This document shows, one piece after another, positions 30,606-44,485 of a stretch of DNA of 64,000 bases (positions are counted from its first letter, which is position 1; each line of letters starts with the position of its first letter). The stretch lies in the NCBI GenBank assembly GCA_964016885.1, contig OZ024742.1, positions 330,274,001 through 330,338,000 on the forward strand, read 5' to 3'. Source of the DNA: Eledone cirrhosa. Its lineage: Eukaryota. A model generated the notes under the pieces. That model was not told the DNA's origin, ran no database searches, and saw only the letters and a program-made list of their open reading frames with translations. The translations under genes were made by a program, and so were the position numbers.

Positions 30606-33600
30606 TCGAAGCAATTAAAATGGCAGTTAACCCGTGTCCCAGTAAGGTATTGGCAGCATAATAATTAGCTCTATGCTTTGGAGCAGAGCCGTATAGATGA
30701 TAAAGAACACAAGAGCGTCTACAACATCAACAGATTTTTATTAGCTTACAATGTTTCTTCCTTACGTAACTATAGGATTCGTCAGAGCTATAAAAGGGGT
30801 TTGATTGGTGTTATGGACTCTACCAACCAAACATTCAAGAACAAAGAGTAAAGATAGTAAAGAGCAAAAGTAGGGGACGATAAGTCTAAATTTGGTGCGG
30901 GAGGGTGGGGTGTGGGTCCTTGTTTACTAGCTGCGGTCATATTCATTCCCGGGAGTCGAGTGGTTAGCTGAACCATAGATGGGGTGGTGTCGGTAATAGG
31001 GTGCAGAGGGTGTGCAGAGGCTACACAAGCACAAAGGGAATACAATATATATATATACGGAGGAGAAAGTACATGAGGTAATTAGAAATGGAAAAAGAGT
31101 AATAATAATAATCTATAATTAATAATGTATAATAAGGCATGGGGAAGATTACACTATAATAAGGTATAAAAGTAAGAATAAGGTAAAATATAAAGGAGGA
31201 TAAAGTTGAAAATAAGAGTAAAGATAAAAAATATATATATAAAAAAATATATAGAGAGAATATATAAAGAAATATAAGCAAGTATTTGAAGAGGAAAACA
31301 AAATGTAAAAAAACCGATTTTTTCAAATAAAAATATTATAATTATGGGGGGAGAAAACGGGAGAGAGGAATATGATCAAATGTGATTAGTTGAGAGAATA
31401 TAAGATGATAATAGTTATGTCAAGTTTATACATCTTAATAATAAATAATCTGTATATCAGAGTTACAGAACCTTCAATTCACTTACAGGTTCAAGCCACG
31501 TGGCATAGTCCATTGTTTATCTGTGCGGTCATGTGCGTTTGTTTTTGACACCACAGCAGATGCACAAGTTCGTAAATTCCAATGCAGATAGAAATCTATT
31601 TTTGCTCACCCACACATTGACGGAGGATCCAATATTCTTAGTTCAATATGTGTGTGGTGTTATTTTGGTCGCACAAATCAATCACTTGGTTCAATATTAT
31701 GGAGTATGGTTTTCTGGTCTTCGTAACAATGTCAGTGGTTGTATATCTCGAAATCACAAGGATCACAGTACTCCGGTTTGGTGTGATTATCGGTCTTCCA
31801 ACTATGTTGTCGGTGGTTGGATTCAATTCTATTGTCCCGAACGTAGAACTTTGGTGTCGATAGAACATTAACGAGACAGAGTGAGATCGAATCTGTGGTA
31901 CAAAACGGTACGCAAGGAAATTCTTCGTCTTCGTTTCATCCGGGTCCAGTAGTCACGTGCAAGAACTGCTACGTAGTAATTGTGGGGTTAATCGGTCAAG
32001 ATAGTATCTGACCGGAAATTCTCTTAGGGATTCAGACAGGCATGACAGGTACATTTAGGTCAGCAGTTTCTTTATGTGTACGAGACTCACCCCACAGATA
32101 AGAAAAATAGAAGAAAGAAAAACATGTATTTTAACCCACCTTTTAACTCTGAGGTCCTCACTAACCTCTGCAGAGTATTCTTCTCTTTATTAGAAAAGAA
32201 CTTCCCACCAGGCAGTAGATATCGCAACATAATTAACAAAAACGTAATTAAATTATCCTATTCAACCACACCTAACGTCGCATCACAACTAGCACGCACG
32301 AACATTAGGAAAACTAGGGAAGGTTTCGAAGCAATTAAAATGGCAGTTAACCACCAGCAACCGACTACACTGGAAAATGGGCAACATAATAGAATCAATG
32401 AGCCATCTAATGATATAGAGGCACCAAGTGATAATGCTAGTAACAAAAGTTCGGGAGGTACGCTAACTAATCGAACCCGCAGTTGCAATTGTAGGCGGAG
32501 TAGTAATTGTCAACTAAGGGGGGATTGCCTCATGAAAAACATCGTATATGCATGTGACGTAACCACGCACAACTCTACCAAAACATATATAGGAGCAACG
32601 TCCAATACATTTAAAACTAGATTTAACGCGCATATGTACACATTTAGACACGATAGACATAAGAATGCCACCTCACTGGCGGTATACATCTCCTTTTTAA
32701 AAAATAATAGTACCCCATACAAACTTTTTTGGAGGAAGCTTACTAGATCCACGCCATACCGACCGCAGAGCGGGAGTTGTGACCTGTGTCTACTGGAATG
32801 TCATGCCATAATACACTCTAAACTGAACCTGTTTAACAGGAAATCGGAAATGTTCTCCACTTGCCAACACAAAATCCTGTGTTCCTTCTTCTACTTTAAA
32901 CCTAGCACATAGCCGTAACATATATCACGCAACCCCTACCTAGACTAGTGCTCCACCCTCCACCCGAACCGTAACCCACATAGATAGGTACCCCAAGGGT
33001 GGAACAGTCCCCTACAAGGTTGGTGTTTTGCGTGTGTATATGTGTGTGTGTGTGTGTGTATTCTCCTTTTCTCTCTCACATTAACACACACACAGACATA
33101 TGTATGTTTTTGTGCGTACGTGTGTGCATGCATGCATGCATGAATGTGTGCGTGCATTGTATACATGTATATTGTATATATATATATGTATATTGTATGC
33201 ATGTGTATTATATTGTGTGTATGTGTATATGTGATGTGTATGTGTATATATGTGTGTATGCGTATGTGTGTGTATGTGTATGTGTGTGTGTATGATGTGT
33301 GTATATATGTGCATATGTATGTATAATTTTTTCTGTAGAAATCTTCTCTATATGTGGTGTTTGGCATGAAGTCCTCCTATAATACTCTTCTTTGAGAGGA
33401 GCACGATATGTAGCGTAACACATATGTATTGTCGAATTTGAAACTGAGAACCAACACCCCTCCTGCTGACCCAAATATTTACTGACGACCAGAACACCAT
33501 TCTCCGCAATATAAGAGAGGAATGCGCTTGCCGGACTATTGATGACCATAACATCACATTCCAATGTAATGGCAAAAAACAGTGAATGCTATATACGACC

Positions 33601-34732
33601 AGAACACCTCAACATGCACATCGGAGCAACACAGATATAATATCAATAGACGAATCAATTGAATTTTTTGAGTTGAAATAAATATAAAAATGTGTCTGTG
33701 TGTATCGGACACACGTACAAATAAAGAAGCTGCTGACCTAAATGTACCTGTCATGCCTGTCTGAATTCCTAAGAGAATTTCCGGTCAGTTATTATCTTGA
33801 CCGATTAGCCCCACAATTACTACGTAGCGGTTCTTGCAAGTGACTGCTGGACCCGGATGAAACGAAGACGAAGAACTTCCTTGCGTACAGTTTTGTACCA
33901 CAGATGCGAACACACCCAGCCTCGTTAATGTTCTATCGACACCAAAGTTCTACGTTCGGGGCAATAGAATTGAATCCAACCACCGACAACATAGTTGGAA
34001 GACCGATAATCACACCAAACCGGAGTACTGTGATCCTTGTGATTTCGAGATATACAACCACTGACACTGTTACGAAGACCAGAAAACCATACTCCATAAT
34101 ATTGAACCAAGTGATTGATTTGTGCGACCAAAATAACATCACACACATATTGAACTAGGAATATAGGATCCTCCGTCAATGTCTGGGTGAGCAAAAATAG
34201 ATTTCTATCTGCATTGGAATTTACGAACTTGTGCATCTGCTGTGGTGTCAATAACAAACGCACATGACCGCACTGATAAACAATGGAGTATGCCACGTGG
34301 CTTGAACCTGTAAGTGAATTGAAGGTTCTGTAACTCTGATATACAGATTATTTATTATTAAGATGTATAAACTTGACATAACTATTATCATCTTATATTC
34401 TCTCAACTAATCACATTTGATCATATTTCTCTATCCCGTTTTCTCCCCCCATAATTATAATATTTTTATTTGAAAAAATCGGTTTTTTTACATTGTGTTT
34501 TCCCCTTCAAATACTTGCTTATATTTCTTTATATATTCTCTATATATATTTTTTATATATATATTATTTATCTTTACTCTCTTTACTCTTTGTTCTTGAA
34601 TGTTTGGTTGGTAGAGTCCATAACACCAATCAAACCCCTTTTATAGCTCTGACGAATCCTACGGTTACGTAAGGAAGAAACATTGTAAGCCAATAAAAAT
34701 CTATTGATGTTGTAGACGCTCTTGTGTTCTTT

Positions 34733-34737
<5 letters not shown>
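30606..34737 (+). mobile_element. PLE family E foldback
   Basis: 30698-32080 inverted versus ~33713-34737; HHRs at 30743-30789(-) and 34645-34691(+): agct CTGACGA a tcct/agga a GAAA cattg TA agc. Confidence 0.92.
32076..32912 (+). pseudogene. Open 5'-truncated PLE C-terminal frame (Zn motif plus GIY-YIG), family E
   Basis: YFNPPFN, CNCRRSSNCQLRGDC, NIVY, YIGATSNTFKTRFNAH, CDLC, NRKSE...CQH. Confidence 0.92.
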
Positions 34738-34815
<78 letters not shown>

Positions 34816-35014
34816 ATATGTTTATGTATGTGTATATGTGTATATATGTATATGCTTGTCTATGTATGTGTGTATGTATGTGTATATATGTATATGTATA
34901 TATATATGTGTGTGTGTTTGTGTGTGTGTATATGTATATATGTATGTATGTATGTGTGTGTGTATATGTATGTATATGAATGTATGTATGTATGTATGTA
35001 TGTATGAGTGTGTG

Positions 35015-35058
<44 letters not shown>

Positions 35059-35171
35059 TGTGTATAGGTGTGTGTATATGTATATGTATATATGGGGGTA
35101 TAGATGTGTATGTGTGGATATAGATATGTATGGATATGTATATATATGATTATTACAGACTATTATTAGTG

Positions 35172-35300
35172 AAGGCGTGTGGCTGAGTGGTTAGAGAATT
35201 GGATTCGCAATCGTAAGTTTGTGAGTTCGATTCCTGGACTAGGCGATGCTTTATGTCCTTGAGCAAGACACTTTATTTCACGTTGCTCCTACTACCTGGA
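35172..35300 (+). mobile_element. Second tRNA-derived SINE type (5' part)
   Basis: tggctgagtggtt A box, gagttcgattcc B box, then tgtccttgagcaagacacttta core. Confidence 0.75.
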
Positions 35301-36077
35301 GTTGCGACCGATAGATAGTATTAGCAATTGGAAAGACCAACGGAAACATTGTTCCCTCGGTCCGATTTGACGAAAGTCGATCGTTTCTTTCATATATGAT
35401 TATATGCATGCGTGTGGATGTGTATTTGCATCTATTGTACGTACGTATATTTTCGTTAGATATCAATATAACTGTACCTATCTCTATATATAATGTGGAT
35501 ATATGCACTTTGTAGACTATGAAATGTATGTGTTTTAACTATGCCAACAAGTACTTATCTGAGTTTGATTGTTTATGCATAAACATACTTAGTAATATTT
35601 TGGAGCATATAATATGTTATATCTTACTAACTGCAATTTACAACACAGTGCGATATTGTTTTGGTTAAGTTGTATATTATCGCATTACTATATCTCCTTA
35701 TCTTATTATAATGTTCATCTTTTAATATACTATCTTTCCTAGCCATAACATTAATTCATATTCACCTTAAAACACAATGCAACACTAATCACTATTTATT
35801 TTGACCTTCCTTTTAAATTCACTATACAAGATACATTCAACTATCAATTTGACAATCTCCTTCCTTCCTAATATATTGTTTATGCCATTTCTACTAACAC
35901 ATTTCAACCATTCGTTTCAAAGGGTCATGACCTCAACTAAAGTGTATTACGTTTCATCTTAACACCATATGAAAAAAAAAACAATTTGATTCGTTAGTTT
36001 TTAAACTACATCCAAATAAGGACATGATTCTAACATGCTACTAATTCTGAGAAAGATTATTATTGAATACAATTATT

Positions 36078-36213
36078 ATTGCTTTTGAAAACAGATGATG
36101 ATACGCATGTAAGTAAATATTCTCTCTATCTGATAGTTTGTAAACTTACATAGATCAATAACTGAGTATAGATACAATGTATTATCACCATCTAGAAACG
36201 ATCTTAAAGCAGT
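36078..36213 (+). ncRNA. Hammerhead with U3:A8 core and ~100 nt stem II domain (family H)
   Basis: attgctt TTGAAAA c agatgatgata...tatcaccatct a GAAA cgatct TA aagcagt; inverted copy at 28923-29058 has palindromic cgatcg. Confidence 0.65.
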
Positions 36214-36391
36214 GAAGTATATCTCTGATGACTTGAATGTTTATTTCATTGTTTTAATTTATATTATGATTCTGTTTTCCTTTTAATGTTTTATTGTTTT
36301 CTGAGATTTATCTTAACCTACAATATATTCAACATATGGATTACATCGAGTTTTTCATGCAGAATAGACCCCACAACTTACAGTCTATATA

Positions 36392-36471
<80 letters not shown>

Positions 36472-36734
36472 GAAATCAGTAATATCGAATCTCTGGCGGT
36501 TTGCAAGTGAATTCGGCCTACTTATATGAAATGATGAGTTAGCAAAGCACTCGATAAGAGAGGTCCTTAGAGTAATAACATACGTTTAAAAAGCTTGACA
36601 AATCGAACATTGTGGTAGGCTAAACTAACACACAATATGTATACCAGAGCAACGATAGCACTAATCAGGTTTAGAAATATATATATATATATATACATAT
36701 ATGTATACCCTCACATACAGACAACCATGCACAG

Positions 36735-36800
<66 letters not shown>

Positions 36801-37067
36801 GAAACACACACGTGCTTTCTTTTTTGTAAATCAGTTTTCAATGCATTTCATTATTTTGTATTTCTCTCGTCTATACGTGTCTCTTCATTCCTCCGATTGT
36901 TTTATGAAAACCTAACATCTGAATCATTTAGACTATCTTGCAAATATATCTGGAGATAAACTAAAGTTATATACATTATAATCAAACTGTATTGTTCATA
37001 TTCACATACACACACACACATACACACACACTGACATATATGTATATACATATATATATATATATAT

Positions 37068-37165
37068 CAATGATATTAATAAATGGAAACTATATTGATA
37101 AAACTATATTTATTCTATTATATATATTTCAAGGGTACCAAAACTTTGGTACGCTCTCATATTGA
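37068..37165 (-). mobile_element. Family C-like 3' terminus with decayed HHR
   Basis: gatattaataaatggaaactatatt...tttcaagggtacca...tggtacgc matches the inverted C terminus. Confidence 0.65.
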
Positions 37166-38600
37166 CATATCCAGGAAGGAGATCTTAACAGTTCAAGTGT
37201 TTCCTGGAAGGTAAAAGGAAAGAGGGGAAATAGAGGAAAAGTAAAATATTTCAAATTATTAAGATGCATATGCAAATGAGATTGAGGTATAGGGCTGAAC
37301 AAACGTTATTTTTAGACGCTAGGTAGATTTAAATAATTAATAGGATATATATATGTATGTGTAGGAAGAAAAAAGAGAAAGAAAGAAAAGCGTATTTACG
37401 TGGATTTAAAAATGATTAGCATTTGTAGGAATGGTGGATATGTTTCCAGAATTAAAAAATATATATATATTTGGCTGTATTATGAGTTATAATATTATAT
37501 ATATAATCAGTTAGATTATATGAATAATTATGGTTGTAAGTAGATTTTTATCTTATTATATTGCAACAGGTTGTAAGTATATACATATCTATATAGATTA
37601 ATAAGTGTGCAAGTATAAGTATTATTGGTGATTTTATAGAAATAAAATACGCATTAATTGTTTACATTTCTAATATGAATTACGAAGGATGTTGATTTTA
37701 TATTTTACATAAATATTTAAAAAAAGACGTAGTTCAAATTGTAAAAGAAGAACAATTTGTAGATTCAAATATTTTCATCTAACATTGAAAATGTTTTCAG
37801 AGTATTGTTAATTTAGCGAAATTATATAATGTATCATGCAAGTCAAATATTTCTATATTTGCTCAATTCTAAAGGAATATATAACTCCAATATTATTTGT
37901 TAAACATTAAATTTGATGAATGATTTTCTTAGAAAGTATGTAGAGAAAATTATATATTATTTTGGGTGAGATTATAAGGTATTTTATGTTGTTTTTCAAG
38001 GATGAGAATTTCTATTAGATATTATCTACGTCGAAAGATGTGTGAAAAGAGTGAAGATTAAAGAGAAGAAAAATGTATTATTATGTAAGTCAAGAGTGCA
38101 TTTAAAAGAACTATCATGAAGAGGATATCTTTCAGAATGTCATTTAAAAAGTATCAATTTAAATCTAAAAAAATATCTAAATCTAAAAAAACAAAAAACA
38201 TAAAGAATAGATTAAGTAGAGTATCATTAGGAAAAGAATATCAAATGGTAAAAATACTAAATTTAAGAGGGAAGATCATTTAAAAAAATTGAATGTTTCT
38301 AAAGAAAAACTCAGTAAATAATAGGATCATTTTAAAGGTGTATAAGATGTAGTCAAGTGTAATGAACATCATAGATTAAAAATACTTCGGAAAGTGGATT
38401 TTTGGCGATGTCTGCAAGAAGTAAATAATTCGGTTTTTAAATTAATAGAGTTTTAAAAGTTAATTATATAAAATATTTCCTCGATTATCAAATGACATAT
38501 TCTAAAGAAAGCCATATTTCGGTATGCAGGTGGTTTCGAAATAGTCTATATTGTTGTACCTTAAATTCCATATTATATGTGAAAGTGATATTTATTAATA

Positions 38601-38796
38601 ATTGTTTCTATTTTAGGCACAAGACCAGTAATTATCAAGTACATTAGCGGTATTTATTTTATCGACCCCGTAAGGATGAAAGGCAAAGTTAACCTCGGAG
38701 GGATTTGAAATCAGTTGATAAAGGGACGTAACTCTATGCTTATATGCTTCAAAGCATGGTGTCCGACTCTCTACCGGTACTGCCAATCCACCGCCC
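38601..38796 (-). mobile_element. SINE with probable ~16 bp TSD
   Basis: Same family as 2708; tgatatttattaataa on the left and tgatatgtattaataa on the right. Confidence 0.85.
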
Positions 38797-38924
38797 TGAT
38801 ATGTATTAATAATAATTGATAATGATCATTGATATTATACTCCAGAAAACTTGTCGAGTGGTTCGAATCACTTATAAAAATATATATTTGTTGAATTACC
38901 AACAAATTAAATATACCCTCTGCT

Positions 38925-39055
<131 letters not shown>

Positions 39056-39083
39056 TTATATATATATATATATATAAATATAT

Positions 39084-39351
39084 AGAAAACCTGGCATTTC
39101 GAGCCACTTTTTCCATATAAAACAAGTAACATTCAGAGACCAACCAGATGTGAGAAAAACCACAGACCCTCCATCTCAACTCACCTTTTGAAAAGCAGAA
39201 GAACTGCGAAACCGGTAAAGGAACCAAATAAATATATATATTTAAAAAAATATAAGACTCCAGTCGCATTTTCGATTTCATCTTTTTTTCTTTATACTTT
39301 CACTCGTGTAGGACACCTCGGTTATTTTTCATTTTGTAAAAAAAACGTCAC

Positions 39352-39360
<9 letters not shown>
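39084..39360 (+). mobile_element. Family F 3' end
   Basis: Inverted match to 9234-9452 and 13397-13610; TA-bounded. Confidence 0.8.
39184..39221 (+). ncRNA. 38 nt minimal hammerhead with U3:A8 core
   Basis: cctt TTGAAAA gcag aagaa ctgc GAAA ccgg TA aagg. Confidence 0.72.
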
Positions 39361-39404
<44 letters not shown>

Positions 39405-39433
39405 TTATACATATTTATATATATATATATACA

Positions 39434-39505
<72 letters not shown>

Positions 39506-39512
39506 TATATAT

Positions 39513-39636
39513 ATAAATGAAATAACAGGAGGCTGGACTGGTGTAAAGGCTAGCAAGGTTTTCAATGACCGGGTTCCATATGAATCCGGTCATATCATCA
39601 GGTATTGGAATATAACAAAGGAGTATGTAAAAAGCC
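39513..39636 (-). mobile_element. Family D 3'-terminal fragment
   Basis: Matches 3561-3700 with a deletion through the ribozyme cleavage site. Confidence 0.8.
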
Positions 39637-40209
39637 TGTGAAATTACCTTATGGATTGTTTCAGAATCATTCGTATCGTCATAGGACATAATCTCAAGAT
39701 ATAATATGAAAATAATTCATAAATTAAATATTAGGCCCATATTTCAAATTACCTGCCGATTCCTTACTCAACGGTTTTGTTTACACATCTAGAAATAGGC
39801 TTAACATGTTCATTGTTAGTAACAATTAACTTACTAGATCCTCACTTTTCCATGTTCTTAATGGGTAGATTGACCACAGAAACAAACAGCACGATTCCTC
39901 ATTTTCTACGTAAACATAAACATTTAAACTCAGTGGAGAAAAAAACCCTTACAATATCTCCATTCTGCTTTGCCTAAATATATTTTAATAAGTTGTATAT
40001 ATATATATATATATATATAAATATAACTTATCGAGAATCGTATTTCGGCTATGAAATAACGAATAACAACCTCCGAGATGTGTGGCAAGTGCTCAATGTT
40101 TCAGATGAACCATAGCTACAACATACGTTAAAGGCCAAACACACAGAGACGATGGTTAAACAATCATCCACACAGCCCCCCAAAAAACGATCAAGTAATT
40201 CGGGTCAAA

Positions 40210-40255
<46 letters not shown>

Positions 40256-40258
40256 TTA

Positions 40259-40356
<98 letters not shown>

Positions 40357-40461
40357 GAATATAAAATGAAAGTGCTTTTATAACGGAATTTATTAAGTAT
40401 TGACATATGTTTCTGTAACAGATGGAATAAGTATGTGTCGCTGTTTGCGTAATCATATAAT

Positions 40462-40645
40462 TGTTTCTACTTTAGGCACAAGGCCAGCAATTACCCAGTG
40501 CATTACTGGTACTTTATTTTATCGACCCCGTAAGGATGAAAGGCAAAGTCAACCTCGGCGGGATTTGAACTCAGATCGTAAAGGGACGTAACTATGCTAG
40601 AAAGCATGGCGTCCGACACTCTACCGATACTGCCAATCCACCGCC
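40462..40645 (-). mobile_element. SINE with ~21 bp TSD inside the J pseudo-LTR
   Basis: ctgtttgcgtaatcatataat at 40441-40461 and 40646-40666; empty site at ~43848-43868. Confidence 0.92.
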
Positions 40646-41209
40646 CTGTTTGCGTAATCATATAATGTTAGCAAGTATTCGATAGCAAATGTATAATCAG
40701 TTGTCACTTCTTCAGAGATATTGGATAAATTGGAAAAAATTAGAAAAATCAAAATATTTATATTAGTTGTAAGAAAGGAAGAAGAGAAGAGATTGTATAT
40801 GACAGATGGCAAATCAATTTGCTGGTAAACAAGTATATAGAAGGTTTTTAATGAGAATACAATGAGTATATGGCTTATTTTATCTAAATAAGAATTTTTG
40901 GGAGTGCCTATTTTAATCTATGTTTGACCAGTTGAACAATGGAAGGGCTCGTCGTTTGGTGTAGTAGCATTAATACAGATATAAAGTGTCCAGTAAGGAA
41001 GAGAGAGATTTTCATTGCTACTGTATAACAACAATGCTGGTAGCCTGCTGGTATATGCATTAGGGAATTGAATTAAGAAATTTCATTGTATCTATAGCAG
41101 TTTATATTAAATGGTAAAGAATAGAAGAGTTGATAGAATTAAGATTAATAGAGAATATTAATATGTATTTTGACAATCAAACGGAGATGTAGACAGGTGT
41201 TCAATCCTG

Positions 41210-43598
41210 GTAGCGTTTGTAATATGAAAATGTAGATTTCAAACGATGGTTACAGTATAACGATCGCTCTATTCTGTTATTTAATAAAATATTTTTGGAT
41301 GTCATAATACAAAATATTTCCATATTACACAATTTACAAAATTCCTCTCCAAAGTTATATGCAGGGGCAGGCTATTATTTCCCATTTTTGGTTAAATTGT
41401 TGGTTATTTTCGCGCAGTTGCCAAGCCTTGTCTGCGAGTGTTGTTAGATAATGCTGGTTTTCATGTTTTATCGAGTAACAATGTCTATAAAGGCGGGATT
41501 TGAAGGAGGTAGCTGTAGACCCCACATAGTACCACTTCTGGCTACCCGATTCGATAGTACATTTGTATATGATCTTGCGTTCAAGACACTGATTGTTCAA
41601 CGGACACATTCCTGGTTGGACACAGTTACAGTTATAATTATGCGTTGTTGTATTACCATGGATGGGTTGATGAGGTTGCTTAGGCAGGATGGGATGTCGT
41701 TTGTTGTTTTGTGATTTTATAGCCGATGTTTTACGTGTAGTGTTATGTGTTGGAAGGCGTTTATACAACCGTTTTGCGTTAAGCTTTTTTATATGTTGTT
41801 CAATATTAGTGGCGGTTGAATATGAAAGTCGAATAGTGTTAGGGTTTAAGATTTTATTATATTTATGTGATGTTGGAAAATGTTTTTTAACTAATATGGA
41901 AATATTTTGTATTATGAAATCCAAAAATATGTGAGGGTAGATTGGCTTTAATAGAGTTGTTCTAGAACGGATTGTACCATATATACTCTTTACATCGCCT
42001 TCTGTTTGGCGGTGTGCAACTATTAGTGTGTCTATTGCGGTAGTATATGTATGGTGGTGATTCTATGCTATTTCTACCTCTATGAGATTTATTTTGGGTG
42101 TTTTGGTGATCGTCGACTATATACTCTATATTATCTAGGTGTCGAGCCTTCCTAATTGCATCATCATAATATTCGGCATGTTCTTTGAAGGCTTGCTGGT
42201 TGGATGAAGGTGGGAGATTCTAAGGGAAATATTTCTAGGGATGGATTTAATTATATAGGGTGGAAGGTTAGAACCCGTATTTACATATTTAATATTCTAA
42301 TTTAGTTTATATAGGGTGGAAGGTTAGAACCCGCATTTACATATTTAATATCCTCATTTAGTTTATGGAACGGTTTAAACGTTTCTGTATTGAGATTCAA
42401 AGTAACATCAAGGAAATTAACCTCTTTGATGTTATATTCAAATGTAATATTTAATCCTAGTTCCTTAAAAAGTTTTCTAATATTTTTACGCATCCTTTCT
42501 AAATTCTGGTTATTCATATGTTAACTAATAGGAGCGCATCGTCACGCTAGAGTCCACCGTGGAGATCCTTGAATTTCCCTTGGAGTCTGTGGGTGATATA
42601 AATTCACACAAGATCGGTTACTTCCGCCGAAACATTGGAACCCATAGTTATATCAAAATTAGAAGGTCTATCTTTGCGAACCCAGTAGCTATCATCAAAT
42701 TTAACAATAGTTTTCCTCGCTTCCATAATAATACTAATTTCATCATCCGTAAGGTCGGAGTTAGCCTTAGCGAAGGAAAGGGCTTCATGCAGAGTATCAG
42801 CTGAGATTGAGGAATAATACTCATCAAATTCCGAACTGAATACATTTTGATTTCTTCTCATCAGTAATGCTAATAAACCATCTTATTGCTTCATGGGTGT
42901 TACCCCATAGTTTAATATCTACTCTAGCCTTACCTTGGCGGATAAATCTGTCTAATATATATTTGCTAATTTTGCCTGTATCAGATTTAGAGGGGCATAT
43001 AAGTCTAATTTTAGGGTCAGTATCGAAGTTTACCTTATGGTCCTTCAGGTTGAAGGATGGTGTTGCTGGTGTTAAGGGTTGCGTTCTATCGTCAATACAA
43101 AGTTTTTTAACAATTTCACATGCCGAGTTCTTGAGGTTTCTAAGTGTAGCTTCATTAGTTTTCTTGTATCTTTTTATGCAATTCTTTACGGATGAAGTTA
43201 TTGTAAGTGTCCACATCCGTGGTATATACGTTTCATGTTTTGTCTGCTCTAACAATAATTCCATTGGCGTTTATTAGATTATTGAGCAGCGCCGTGATGT
43301 CATTCTGTAGTTTATTGTTTTTTCGTTTTGTAAATTTGATCTCCATGATCGTATCCATTAGGTCCTGTTCAAATGCATCCAAAAGTGGGTTTGAGGGTGG
43401 GTTTTTGTAAGATTTAAATCCAAATTTATCCTTGTTAAGATCCGATGTTTCGTTTATACGGCTTTTGTCAAAATGGAATGTATTCCATCTGATTCGTCGA
43501 ATAGAATCATTGGTCCTTCGTATCATACCTAGAATATATTCCTTTTTTGCCTGAATAGGTATGTTTTTTAACGACATATCCAATTGGTGCCTTTCCAT
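41210..43598 (-). pseudogene. Complete but disrupted PLE ORF (N-terminus, RT, GIY-YIG), Naiad-like
   Basis: SLKNIP, RRIRW, ADKT, LKDHK, RLICPSKS, MGSNVSAEVTDL, *RDDAL, CNC...CPL, YVGSTATSFKSR; ~58 bp tandem duplication near 42243-42360. Confidence 0.93.
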
Positions 43599-44379
43599 TT
43601 TAGAGACGTATGCTGAATTAGTTGCTCTCTGTATATGAGATTATTAAAATTTCAAGTTATCAATAATGTAGTGATAATATATCGTCACGTTAGAGATGAA
43701 CAGCGTACGTGTACGTTTGCTCAAGGAGTATAAATTATATTCTGGAGAAAATGTAGAAAAGATGAATATAAAATGAAAGTGCTTTTATAAAGGAATTTAT
43801 TAGGTATTGATACATGTTTCTGTAACAGACTGAATACCTATGTATCGCTGCTTGCGTAATCATATAATGTTAGCAAGTATTCGATAGCAAATGTATAATC
43901 AGTTGTCACTTCTTCAGAGATATTGGATAAATTGGAAAAAATCAGAAAAATCAAAGTATTTATATTAGTTGTAAGAAAGGAAGAAGTATATGACAGATGG
44001 CAATTCAAGTTGCTGGAAGGTTTTTAATGAGAATACAATGAGTATATGGCTTATTTTATTTTAATAAGAATTTTTGGGAGTGCCTATTTAAATCTATATT
44101 TGACCAGTTGAACAATGAACAGGGCTGGTCGTTTGGTGTAGTAGTATTTAAACAGATATAAAATGTCAAGTAAGGAAGAAAGAGATTTTTACTGTTACTG
44201 TATAACAACAATGCTGGTAGCCTGCTGGTATATGCATTAGGGAATTGAATTAAGAAATCTCATTTTATCTATAGCAGATTATATTAAATGGTAAAGAATA
44301 GAAGAGTTGATAGAATTAAGATTAATAGATAATGTTAATATCTATTTTGACAATCAAACGGATATATATATATATATAA

Positions 44380-44485
<106 letters not shown>

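Larger units (their letters stand above)
28876..36386 (+). mobile_element. PLE family H foldback, interrupted by element E, microsatellites and a SINE
   Basis: 28876-29100 inverted versus ~36040-36263; ORF remnant 29182-30331; linkage of both arms to one insertion is inferred from the identical layout of sister family I. Confidence 0.7.
40349..44362 (-). mobile_element. PLE family J, near full length, with direct pseudo-LTRs
   Basis: 40349-41184 (minus the SINE) directly repeats 43757-44362; ORF lies between; candidate expanded HHR at ~43804-43924(-). Confidence 0.92.

Noticed and set aside
31533-34296. Duplicated ORFs (MFYRHQ..., HKFVNSNADR...) suggesting an accessory gene in E
   Set aside because: Conservation only reflects the recent inverted duplication; no recognisable motif
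35172-35250. Possible tRNA gene
   Set aside because: A and B boxes are present but there is no acceptor stem and it continues into a SINE core
37170-38585. AT-rich stretch possibly encoding a PLE N-terminus
   Set aside because: No continuous frame or secure motif
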